DNA from: Elusimicrobia bacterium HGW-Elusimicrobia-3
GTDB lineage: Bacteria; Elusimicrobiota; Elusimicrobia; Elusimicrobiales; UBA9959
Direction: 5' to 3'
DNA: 64,000 nucleotides
NCBI GenBank assembly: GCA_002840355.1
Contig: PHAL01000002.1
Coordinates: 108,857 to 172,856 of the forward strand
Below are positions 15,710 through 24,889 of the stretch, in pieces; the stretch's first letter is position 1, and every line of letters starts with the position of its first letter. The notes under the pieces are model-generated. The model worked only from the letters and a program-made list of their open reading frames with translations. It ran no database searches and was not told where the DNA came from. The position numbers were made by a program, and so were the translations under genes.

Positions 15710-18700
15710 ATGGGCATTATGCCTCATGCCGCCGCGCGCTGTTTTCATGCAGAATATCTTTTAATGATATTTTCATGCAAAATAGCGTCGATACATCCGT
15801 CGGGATGTCACCGGAGTCGGTACCAGCGCCCGCGCTTTAAGGCTTTCGCCGGCTGGTCTCTTCTCCTCGCGGCAATTCTGCTATCAACTAACTTCTTACT
15901 GTGTACGGCCGCCGCCCAGACCGAGCTGGGGTCAGAGGACGATCTGAGCGTTATGGGCGTAGACGGCACCGCTGTGGATCCCGATGTGGAGTTGAAAGGC
16001 TTTACCGTCTTCGGCTCCACCCAGGCCGCTTATATCGGCGCCGTAATAGGCCCCGGCAATGTAGTTGTTAACGGAGTCCTTGCCGTATCTTCCGGGGCTT
16101 ATTTCGTGGATAATTCCACGTTCCCCTCCGCGGGTAAGATATTCATCGGGGACGGCATGGCCGGCCAGATACTCAGCAAAAACGCCGGCGGTGCCCTGGA
16201 ATGGGCCAGCGCAGGCGCCATGGGCGACGACCTGGGCAACCACATCGCCACCACCACGCTGAACATGGCCACTTTCAACATAGTCAGCGTCGGCTCCATA
16301 ACCGCCAACGCGGCCATCACCACTTACTCCAGCATTACGGCGGCCGGTAATCTTTCCGTAAGCACCGTTATCGCTTCGGGCAACATAACCGCCGCGCGCT
16401 ACCAGATAAACGGCTCCACCGTGCTGGCAGTTAGAGATAATGGAGCCGATATAGGGAGTCTCTTTGTCGGCCTCGGTGCAGGCATAAAACATACCGGCAA
16501 CAAAGGTACTTTCTTGGGCTACAATGCCGGTGCACAGAGCGTTACTTCTGCGAATAATACGTATGTCGGTTATGAGGCGGGGCGTCTTGCCACCGGGAGT
16601 AATAACACCTATGTAGGGCATAATGCCGGCTACAATAGTAATACGGGTTTTAACAATGCTTTTATGGGTCAAGGGGCTGGCTACTCAAACACTAGCGGTG
16701 AGGGCGATGTTTTTGTAGGGCCAAATGCCGGACGGTCTAATACCACCGGGAAGTATAACTCGTTTTTTGGAGAGTACGCTGCCGGCGATCAAATAACAGG
16801 CTGGAATAATGTAGTTTTCGGGCGCTACGCCGGAATGCGTAATGTGTCCGGCTCCGGCAATACAATACTGGGAACTGAAGCGGCCTACGGAGTAACCGCT
16901 AATTCATTCTCTAACTCCACGGTTATCGGGTATAAAGCTGGCTTCGCCGTTACAACTGGCGGGAACAACGTGTTGCTGGGCTATCAGGCCGGCAACAGCC
17001 TGACCACCGGCGCCGGTAACATAATAATAGGCTACGATGAGGACGCCCCGACTGCGACCACCAATGACTACCTCAACATCGGCGGGTTGCTTTATGGTGA
17101 CCTTTCCGCTAAGACCGTCGGAATAAGTACCCGCGTGCCACAGGCAGCACTGGACGTGGTGAGTACCGGCACCGCGCATACCGAGATGGCGCAGATCTGG
17201 CGGGCCGGCGACGGGGTAATAAAAGGCTCCATGTCCGCCACCGGCGTGATGATGGCGGATAAATTCATCGGCGATGGTTCCGGCCTCAGCGGGATAAGCG
17301 GTTCCGGCGACGACCTGGGCAGCCACGTGGCCACTACCACCCTGAACATGGGCACGTTCAATCTGGTGAACGTATCCTCGGTTAATTTCTTGTCCAATGT
17401 ATTCATGACCTCCGCCACGGCGGCTCAGTTGGGTGGGGTCTACGTCAGCACCAATATGTTCGTGGCCGGCGTTTCCTCGGCCACAGGGTATTATGGCGAT
17501 GGTTCTACACTGACCGGCGTTTCAACTAACACTTTTAAGATCGGCGATAGCTACGGCGGCGGCAGAATCTTCTGGGTGGACTCCAAGGGGCAGAACGCTC
17601 TTATCACAGCCACGGCAGACCAGAGTGGCTCCATCAAATGGGGGAATGACACTGCCGTCATCGGGGCTAGGCTGGACGGGGTATACGCGGGCAAGGCTGA
17701 TACGGTGATGATAAGCACCATGCAGGGGGCGGGCAGCTATGCGGCGCGGCTCTGCCTGGATTACGCGGTGACGGCAGGCGGTGTGTATTATGACGACTGG
17801 TATCTGCCGTCCAAGACCGAACTGCAGTTGCTCTATGCGCAAAGAGATGTGGTGGGAGGGATTGGCCCCAACTGGTATTGGAGCTCTAACGAATATGTGG
17901 ATGACACCAACTTCGCATGGCACGTTTACTTCGATGGCGGTCTCGTGAACCTCGCCTCCAAGACCAGCAGCCTCTCCGTGCGGTGCGTGCGCGGAGGCCC
18001 GGTATCCGGCTTTGATCATTCGCGGGATGCGGAAACCGCCCGCCAGTTATACGCCGCCCCGAACGTTATAGTCTCTTCGGAAGCCAGCGCCGCGCTGGGC
18101 GCGGGCGTGCGTGTGTCCTCTAATGTCTACATAGTCGGCTTCGCCTCGGCGACCAAGTACTTCGGTGACGGTTCCGGGCTGACCAATCTGCCGGTTTTTG
18201 GAGACGACCTGGGCAACCACATCGCCACCACCACGCTGCAGATGGGCGCCTACGGAGTGAACACCTCCAGCGATATCACAGCCGCGCGCTATCAGATCAA
18301 AGGCAGCACCGTGCTGGCCATACTGCCTGGCACGGCCAGTTTTGCGGCAGGGCCGTCCGCCGGAAAAGCCAATAGGGCGGGATACAACTCTTTTTTCGGC
18401 TCTTTTGCCGGAGAAGTCAATACCACGGGTTCGATGAACACATATCTGGGCGCCAACACCGGGTTTCAGCATCCGACCGGATATCAGAACACTTTTGTGG
18501 GGTCCAGTGCGGGCGAGTCGAGTACGGCTGGAAACTATAATACTCTGCTGGGGGCCTTGGCCGGGGCATCTGTCGCAGGCAGCTACAATACTTTTCTTGG
18601 CGTGGAAACGGGGATGTATACTGAAACGAATAATAACACTTTCGTGGGATACAATTCGGGGTACAGTATCGATTATGGCGGAGATAATACCTTTATCGGT

Positions 18701-20716
18701 TCCGGTGCCGGCAGCAATAGCGGGAACGGAGGTTATAATTCCTTCCTCGGCTCCAGCGCGGGCAACGGGAACAGAACGGGGGGGAGTAATGCCGCTACGG
18801 GTTATAAGGCCGCCTATTACACCCGCACCGGTTCCGCCAACGCCATCTACGGCTCCCAGGCCGGTTACGGCGTGACCGGCCAGTCGTTCTCCAGTTCCAC
18901 TATAATGGGCTATAAGGCGGGCTACGGCCTGAGCACCGGTTCGGACAACATGCTTCTGGGCTACCAGTCCGGCGACAGTCTTACCACGGGCAGCCGCAAC
19001 ATCATAATAGGCTACGATGAGGACGCGCCCTCGGCGACTACCAACGACTATCTCAATATAGGCGGCCTGTTGCACGGCGACATGGCGCAGTCCACCATGA
19101 CAGTCTACGGCGACCTGTACGCCGACAAGTTCTATGGCGACGGCTCGGGGCTTACGGGCGTAAGTGGAAGCGACGACCTGGGGAACCATATCGCCACCAC
19201 CACGCTGCAGATGGGCGCCTACGGAGTGAACACCTCCAGCGATATCACCGCCGCGCGCTACCAGATAAACGGCAGCACCGTGCTGGCCATGCCCGGGGTG
19301 GAAAGCCTCGCGCTGGGTACTGATGCCGGGAGGAATAACATCGGGAATTACAATGTATTTGTGGGGTCGGCGTCCGGTTACTCGGCGTCTACAGGCTGGG
19401 AGAACGCTTTCCTGGGCGCCTACTCCGGGTATTCCACCTCCAGCGGTGATAAAAACGTGGCGGTTGGAGCTTATGCCGGGTACGGCAATAATTCCAACGA
19501 GAACGTCTTTGTAGGGGCCTATTCCGGCTATAACAATACCGGCCCCTGGAACACATTTGTAGGCGCGTATGCCGGAAATTCGAATACCACGGGGGCTGAC
19601 AATGTCTTCATTGGCGAGAACGCCGGTGTGGGGAATACTACGGGAAGCACGAATATTTGTATCGGGGGATGGGCCTGTGCGGGCAATACTACGGGCAAGA
19701 GAAATGTGGCCATTGGCCAGGATGTCGCCGAGTACGGCACAACAGGAACGGATAATACAATTATGGGGGACTTTGCCGGCCAGAAATCCGTAACGGGGGC
19801 CGCTAACGCCATATACGGGGCTAAGGCCGGTTATGGCGCAACCGGTTACTCGTTCTCAAGCTCTACCCTGATGGGCTATCGGGCCGGCTATGCGCTCAGG
19901 ACCGGCTCCGATAATATTTTCCTCGGATATAAGGCCGGCTATACCGTAACCACCGGTACGGGCAACATAGTCATAGGTTATGACAAAACTACGCCCGCGG
20001 TTGACACCAACAACCACCTTAACATAGGCGGCCTCGTCTACGGAGACCTGTCTGCAAAAACTATCGGAATAAACCGTAACAGCCAGATGGCGGCGCTGGA
20101 CGTGGTAAGCACAGGCACCGCCCACACCGAGATGGCGCAGATCTGGCGGGACTCGAGCGGGATAATAGTGGCCTCGATGTCCGCCACCGGAGTGATGCAG
20201 GCGGTAAAATTCGTGGGGGACGGGTCCGGTCTCAGCGGGGTTAGCGGCGGCAGCTCCGGACCTTCCATCGATGTCTCCACCATCAATGCCACGGCCACCA
20301 CTCCGTACGGCGGGGTCAACATAACCACCAACACATATGTGCAGGGTAGACTGGGGATAAATACTCTTAACCCGCAGTACGCTCTTGAGGTCTCCTCCTC
20401 AGCCGGCTTCGCAGGTACCATGTTGGCCGTTTCCACCGGCACTTCCGTTATGATGGAGGTTAAAGGCACCGGCGAGTTGATCTCAAAGAAAGTCACCGTG
20501 AACGGCGGCCCCAGCAAGATCTCCAATACGGTGGGGGATATCAGCATAGAGCCCGCCGGCAGCAACCTGAACGTTACCAAGAACGTTACCGTGCCATCGG
20601 ACAGCACCATCAACCTTAACGGCGCTGGCGGGAACACCTATATGTATTACGACAGTTTCAACCACTGGCTGCGCATTTATGTGGACGGCATAGAGATCGC
20701 CAGGTATGAGCCCTGA
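15710..20716 (+). CDS. giant secreted fibre protein with three super-repeats and an internal DUF1566-like domain (start uncertain)
   Basis: 1668 aa with a hydrophobic signal (WSLLLAAILLSTNFLLCTAAAQ). It carries four copies of DDLG(N/S)H(I/V)ATTTL(N/Q)M. ARYQI(N/K)GSTVLA occurs three times, each followed by runs of N.F.G..AG..NT.G repeats. Confidence 0.85.
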   Translation: MGIMPHAAARCFHAEYLLMIFSCKIASIHPSGCHRSRYQRPRFKAFAGWSLLLAAILLSTNFLLCTAAAQTELGSEDDLSVMGVDGTAVDPDVELKGFTVFGSTQAAYIGAVIGPGNVVVNGVLAVSSGAYFVDNSTFPSAGKIFIGDGMAGQILSKNAGGALEWASAGAMGDDLGNHIATTTLNMATFNIVSVGSITANAAITTYSSITAAGNLSVSTVIASGNITAARYQINGSTVLAVRDNGADIGSLFVGLGAGIKHTGNKGTFLGYNAGAQSVTSANNTYVGYEAGRLATGSNNTYVGHNAGYNSNTGFNNAFMGQGAGYSNTSGEGDVFVGPNAGRSNTTGKYNSFFGEYAAGDQITGWNNVVFGRYAGMRNVSGSGNTILGTEAAYGVTANSFSNSTVIGYKAGFAVTTGGNNVLLGYQAGNSLTTGAGNIIIGYDEDAPTATTNDYLNIGGLLYGDLSAKTVGISTRVPQAALDVVSTGTAHTEMAQIWRAGDGVIKGSMSATGVMMADKFIGDGSGLSGISGSGDDLGSHVATTTLNMGTFNLVNVSSVNFLSNVFMTSATAAQLGGVYVSTNMFVAGVSSATGYYGDGSTLTGVSTNTFKIGDSYGGGRIFWVDSKGQNALITATADQSGSIKWGNDTAVIGARLDGVYAGKADTVMISTMQGAGSYAARLCLDYAVTAGGVYYDDWYLPSKTELQLLYAQRDVVGGIGPNWYWSSNEYVDDTNFAWHVYFDGGLVNLASKTSSLSVRCVRGGPVSGFDHSRDAETARQLYAAPNVIVSSEASAALGAGVRVSSNVYIVGFASATKYFGDGSGLTNLPVFGDDLGNHIATTTLQMGAYGVNTSSDITAARYQIKGSTVLAILPGTASFAAGPSAGKANRAGYNSFFGSFAGEVNTTGSMNTYLGANTGFQHPTGYQNTFVGSSAGESSTAGNYNTLLGALAGASVAGSYNTFLGVETGMYTETNNNTFVGYNSGYSIDYGGDNTFIGSGAGSNSGNGGYNSFLGSSAGNGNRTGGSNAATGYKAAYYTRTGSANAIYGSQAGYGVTGQSFSSSTIMGYKAGYGLSTGSDNMLLGYQSGDSLTTGSRNIIIGYDEDAPSATTNDYLNIGGLLHGDMAQSTMTVYGDLYADKFYGDGSGLTGVSGSDDLGNHIATTTLQMGAYGVNTSSDITAARYQINGSTVLAMPGVESLALGTDAGRNNIGNYNVFVGSASGYSASTGWENAFLGAYSGYSTSSGDKNVAVGAYAGYGNNSNENVFVGAYSGYNNTGPWNTFVGAYAGNSNTTGADNVFIGENAGVGNTTGSTNICIGGWACAGNTTGKRNVAIGQDVAEYGTTGTDNTIMGDFAGQKSVTGAANAIYGAKAGYGATGYSFSSSTLMGYRAGYALRTGSDNIFLGYKAGYTVTTGTGNIVIGYDKTTPAVDTNNHLNIGGLVYGDLSAKTIGINRNSQMAALDVVSTGTAHTEMAQIWRDSSGIIVASMSATGVMQAVKFVGDGSGLSGVSGGSSGPSIDVSTINATATTPYGGVNITTNTYVQGRLGINTLNPQYALEVSSSAGFAGTMLAVSTGTSVMMEVKGTGELISKKVTVNGGPSKISNTVGDISIEPAGSNLNVTKNVTVPSDSTINLNGAGGNTYMYYDSFNHWLRIYVDGIEIARYEP

Positions 20717-20748
20717 TCTGAAAGGGGCCCCTTTGTGAAGAGATATTT

Positions 20749-22344
20749 ATGAATGGAATCGTGCCGGCGTTTATACTACTGTCCGCGCTGACTGTCCCTT
20801 CGTCCGCGGCTACGGTAACGCTTCTGCCGAACGGGCAGGGCGCGGGCACGGACTGGAATTGGGTCGGCGGTTCCGCTAATTACACCAACTGGCGGACTCC
20901 GGACGACGAGGATACTTCGTACGCCAACGGTTTCAGCAAGAACGACAGCGAGACGGTGCTTATGGAGGATTCCTCTTTGGCTGGCACCATCAATTCCGTG
21001 ACGCTTTATATCCGTATGCGGGAGGCCACGGCCACCGGTTACGCGTTCAACAGGACGCTGAAGAGTTCTGCCGGTACTTATACGGCGACCGGATTGGTAG
21101 TCACTACGGCGTATGTGGATTATACCCTTACCAGAACGACCCTTTCGGACGGCGCTTCCCCGTGGACCTGGGCGGAGGTGAACTCCATAGAGGCCGGCGT
21201 GGCCACGACTCCGAGCAACTATTCAGGCGATGCGCGCGTAACCAGCGTCTACGTGGTGGTGGACTATACCCCCAACGTACCGCCCTCGGTCACCATGGAT
21301 AACGACTTCGCCGCGCTCAGCAGCGGCACGGTGACGGCCAATTACAAGCTGATAGACGCCAACGGTGATACCTGCGACCTGACCAACCGAGCCAGCCCGG
21401 AAACCGGCACGGAGTATTCCACCGACGGCTCTACCTGGTACGACGCCGCGATGGGCACCGGCGGCGACGGCAGCACCGGCCTGGCCGCTTCCGCCAGCCC
21501 CGGCACCCAGCATAAATACGCCTGGAACAGCGCCTCGGACCTGCCCGATACCGAGGACAGTACCGTGTACATAAGGCTGGCCCCCTACGACTCTTATATC
21601 GAAGGCTCCTGGGCGACCAGCAATGCCTTCGCCATAGACAATAAAGCCCCGGCAGTGGCCACAACCATCGCCCTGGCGGCTACCCCTGTCAGCGGGGACG
21701 CCTCTTTCCAGCTGGACGCGGCTTTCACCGAGGGCAATCCAAATACCAATATTTACGCCTACAACCTTAACGCAGCCGGCTATGTAACCGGGGCCGGGGA
21801 TACCAATGTGGCCGACCCTTCCGCACATACGTTTAATGTAGGGCTTACCGGGGCTGATAAATTTGCCGGTATAAAGTGCACCCATACAGACGATATGGGC
21901 AATATCGGCGTAACGGAGGATACTGCCGGGGTATATGTACGGCCCCTCGTTCCCCAGGCCCCCACCGCGGCCGACGCCACCCAGACCACGGCTAATGTTA
22001 CCGTGAACCCCAACGCTTCAGAGGCCGGCGCCGGCATATATTACGTCATCAAGGCCACCTGCGCCGCCGGCGTATTCTATGTAAAGGCGGACGGCTCGCT
22101 GGGGGTATCTCCGGTGTGGGGCAACGGCTGGCCCTCTCCGGTGAGCGTCACCGGCCTCTCCGAGGATACCCAGTACTGGTTCGCCGTTGCCGCCGGCAAC
22201 CCGCAGGACGCCACCCCCACCGAGGGGGAGAATTCGGCTTCGGCCTATGGCTCCTGGTCCACCATAACCACGCTGCCCCCGCCGCCCAAGAACCTGGAAC
22301 TCACCGGGGAACTGGACGTGAGCGGGCTTATACTGGGGAATTAG
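20749..22344 (+). CDS. secreted protein with C-terminal fibronectin-III-like domain
   Basis: Signal peptide MNGIVPAFILLSALTVPSSAA. The C-terminus (PQAPTAADATQTTANVTV...VSVTGLSEDTQYWFAVAAGN) is FN3-like. Confidence 0.7.
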   Translation: MNGIVPAFILLSALTVPSSAATVTLLPNGQGAGTDWNWVGGSANYTNWRTPDDEDTSYANGFSKNDSETVLMEDSSLAGTINSVTLYIRMREATATGYAFNRTLKSSAGTYTATGLVVTTAYVDYTLTRTTLSDGASPWTWAEVNSIEAGVATTPSNYSGDARVTSVYVVVDYTPNVPPSVTMDNDFAALSSGTVTANYKLIDANGDTCDLTNRASPETGTEYSTDGSTWYDAAMGTGGDGSTGLAASASPGTQHKYAWNSASDLPDTEDSTVYIRLAPYDSYIEGSWATSNAFAIDNKAPAVATTIALAATPVSGDASFQLDAAFTEGNPNTNIYAYNLNAAGYVTGAGDTNVADPSAHTFNVGLTGADKFAGIKCTHTDDMGNIGVTEDTAGVYVRPLVPQAPTAADATQTTANVTVNPNASEAGAGIYYVIKATCAAGVFYVKADGSLGVSPVWGNGWPSPVSVTGLSEDTQYWFAVAAGNPQDATPTEGENSASAYGSWSTITTLPPPPKNLELTGELDVSGLILGN

Positions 22345-22363
22345 CGCGACGCCTGATAGCAAT

Positions 22364-23587
22364 ATGATGAAACCGATAAGAAGAATAATAACCGCTTTGA
22401 TACTCTCGTCGTTCGCCGCGCAGAACGCGGCGGCGGCGCAGTTCCGGGTGATGGAGAACCTGGCGGTGAACGGGGTCTCGGTGCTTAAGAGTTCCGTCAC
22501 CATAACGGGCAAAGACCCGACCACCGGTTACAGCCTGACGCTGAGCTCCGGCGTTTATACGCCGGACGGCACCGTCCTTGCCAACCTGTTCATCGGCGAC
22601 GGCTCAGGGCTTACAGGTGTTATCGGCACGGACAACCTGGGTAATCATACCGCCACGCAGGACCTTAACCTTAACGGGTTTAACCTCTTAAATGTTTCCT
22701 CGCTCAACTTCACTAGCCTTATCGGGTTAAGGGCGGCTACGCCGGCTAATTACGGCGGCATCTACGCCAGCACGCATGTCTATGTGAACGGTGATGTCCA
22801 TGCCGCCTATTTCCACGGCGACGGTTCGGCGCTTACCGGCCTTCCGATATTCGGTGATAACCTGGGCGACCATACCGCCACGCAGGACATCAATGCCAAT
22901 AGCTTCGACCTGCTCAATGTCTCCTCCATTTCTTTCACCAGCCTGGTAGGCCTGAGCAGCGCCACCAAAGCCAACTACGGCGGGATATACTCGTCCACCC
23001 ATGTCTATGTAAACGGCAATGTATACGGCGGTATTTTTTATGGGGACGGTTCGGGGCTTACCAATGTTACGGTTCCCGGGGATAACCTGGGCGACCATAC
23101 GGCCACGCAGGACCTGAACATGGCCGGCAACAGCATAATAAACGTAGATACCATGACCGTGGTCGGCAACGCTTTCAGCGTAGGGGGCTCTACCCTTGTT
23201 GTAAAAGAGGGGAAGGTCGGTATCGGGACCAATGCCCCGCAGGCTGGCCTGGAAGTGAACAATACCGCTATTTTCTCTTCGGAATATGACAACGGCAATT
23301 CCGGCACCGCCCTAACCATAACCTGGACCAACGGCAATAAACAGAAAGTGACGCTTACCGGCAATGTTGCGTTCACCTTTTCCGCCCCAGCCGGCAAGGC
23401 CGCCAGCTTTCTGTTGCGGCTGGTGCAGGACGCCACCGGCAGCCGCACCGTAACCTGGCCGGCCGCGGTTAAATGGCGCGGCGGCGTGGCCCCGCGCCAG
23501 AGCACGGCCGCCAATGCCATAGATATAGTGAGTTTTTACTACAACGGGACTGATTATTACGGGTGTAGTGGTTCCGGTTATCAGTAA
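22364..23587 (+). CDS. secreted fibre-family protein, tandem paralog 1 (407 aa)
   Basis: Signal peptide. Three repeats of GDGS.LTG....DNLG(N/D)HTATQD(L/I)N.N.F.LLNVSS(L/I).FTS. C-terminal domain ...TVTWPAAVKWRGGVAP...IDIVSFYYNGTDYYG. Confidence 0.8.
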   Translation: MMKPIRRIITALILSSFAAQNAAAAQFRVMENLAVNGVSVLKSSVTITGKDPTTGYSLTLSSGVYTPDGTVLANLFIGDGSGLTGVIGTDNLGNHTATQDLNLNGFNLLNVSSLNFTSLIGLRAATPANYGGIYASTHVYVNGDVHAAYFHGDGSALTGLPIFGDNLGDHTATQDINANSFDLLNVSSISFTSLVGLSSATKANYGGIYSSTHVYVNGNVYGGIFYGDGSGLTNVTVPGDNLGDHTATQDLNMAGNSIINVDTMTVVGNAFSVGGSTLVVKEGKVGIGTNAPQAGLEVNNTAIFSSEYDNGNSGTALTITWTNGNKQKVTLTGNVAFTFSAPAGKAASFLLRLVQDATGSRTVTWPAAVKWRGGVAPRQSTAANAIDIVSFYYNGTDYYGCSGSGYQ

Positions 23588-23610
23588 CTTCTTCGCCTGG
23601 GAATCCGCTT

Positions 23611-24834
23611 ATGTCTTTTAAACGAATATTGATAGCGGGGCTGATAGCCTTTTCCTTTAAAAGCTTCTCCAACGCGGCCCAGTATGAAGTGCCGTATGGT
23701 TTTACCGTGGAGGGGCTGAGCCTGTTCGCTTCTTCCGTGACGGTGACCGGCAAGGACGCCGCCAGCGGCTACAGCCTTGCCCTGGGTTCCGGCGTCTATA
23801 CTCCGGCGGGCACCGTTTACGCCAATCTGTTCATCGGCGATGGCTCCGGACTCTTCAATGTCTTTGCCGGTGACGATCTGGGCGACCATGCCGCTGTCCA
23901 GGACATGGACCTCAACGGCTTTAACATTGTGAATGTGTCTTCCCTCGCTTTTACGCCGGTCATCGGTTTAAGCAGCGCGCCCGCTAAGAATTATGGGGGC
24001 GTGTTCATAAGCACGCACGCGTACCTTAACGGCAATATGCGCGCCGTTAAATATTACGGCAACGGCTCCGCCTTGGCCAATCTCCCTTCGCCTCCCGAAG
24101 ATGATCTGGGGAACCATACGGCAGCGCAGGATATAGACATCGACAGTTTTAACCTGCTAAACATCTCTTCTATCTCTTTCTCCAGCCAGATCGGCCTGAG
24201 CAGCGCAACCAAGACCAACTATGGTGGAATATATTCGTCCACGCATGTCTATGCCAATGGCAATGTCTACGCCGGCCTATTTTACGGAGACGCCGTGGGG
24301 ATTACCAATCTCCCGTTCTCCGGAGATGACCTTGGCAATCATATCTCCACCAAGACCCTTGATATGGCCGCCGGCTCCGTCATAAATATCGATACGGTGA
24401 CCATAACGGGCAATGCATTCGGAGTGGGCGGTTCCACCCTTGCGGCGCAGGCGGGGAATGTCGGCATCGGCGCTGCTTCACCGCAGGCCGCCCTGGAGTT
24501 CGGCGGCGCCGCAGTCTTCTCCTCCGAGTACAATAATGGCAACTCTGGCACAGCAAAAACCATCGCCTGGGCTAACGGCAATATGCAGGCCGTTACCCTC
24601 ACCGGGAATGTTACATTCACATTTTCTCCCGTTTCGGCCAGCGGGGCGGCGAACCTGATATTAAGGGTGGCGCAGGACGCCACCGGCGGGCGTTCAGTTA
24701 CCTGGCCGGCCGCGGTTAAATGGCTGGGCGGCGCTGCCGCCGCTCTGAGCACTAACGCCAATGCCGTGGATATTGTAACTTTCTATTTTGACGGCGCCAG
24801 TTATTACGGCGGCTTTACCACCGGTTACCAGTGA
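23611..24834 (+). CDS. secreted fibre-family protein, tandem paralog 2 (407 aa)
   Basis: Same length and architecture as the 22364 gene: DDLGDHAAVQDMDLNGFNIVNVSS, DDLGNHTAAQDIDIDSFNLLNISS, ...SVTWPAAVKWLGGAAA...VDIVTFYFDGASYYG. Confidence 0.8.
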   Translation: MSFKRILIAGLIAFSFKSFSNAAQYEVPYGFTVEGLSLFASSVTVTGKDAASGYSLALGSGVYTPAGTVYANLFIGDGSGLFNVFAGDDLGDHAAVQDMDLNGFNIVNVSSLAFTPVIGLSSAPAKNYGGVFISTHAYLNGNMRAVKYYGNGSALANLPSPPEDDLGNHTAAQDIDIDSFNLLNISSISFSSQIGLSSATKTNYGGIYSSTHVYANGNVYAGLFYGDAVGITNLPFSGDDLGNHISTKTLDMAAGSVINIDTVTITGNAFGVGGSTLAAQAGNVGIGAASPQAALEFGGAAVFSSEYNNGNSGTAKTIAWANGNMQAVTLTGNVTFTFSPVSASGAANLILRVAQDATGGRSVTWPAAVKWLGGAAAALSTNANAVDIVTFYFDGASYYGGFTTGYQ

Positions 24835-24889
24835 ACAGGGCTAAATGCGGTTTTAAAAGCCGGGTGGGCGGAACGGGAGAAACAGCGAT

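Noticed and set aside
18047-19189. 380-aa minus-strand ORF, plus other antisense ORFs inside the giant fibre gene
   Set aside because: The sense frame carries the repeated, paralog-supported fibre motifs. The antisense translations lack any pattern shared with other genes.
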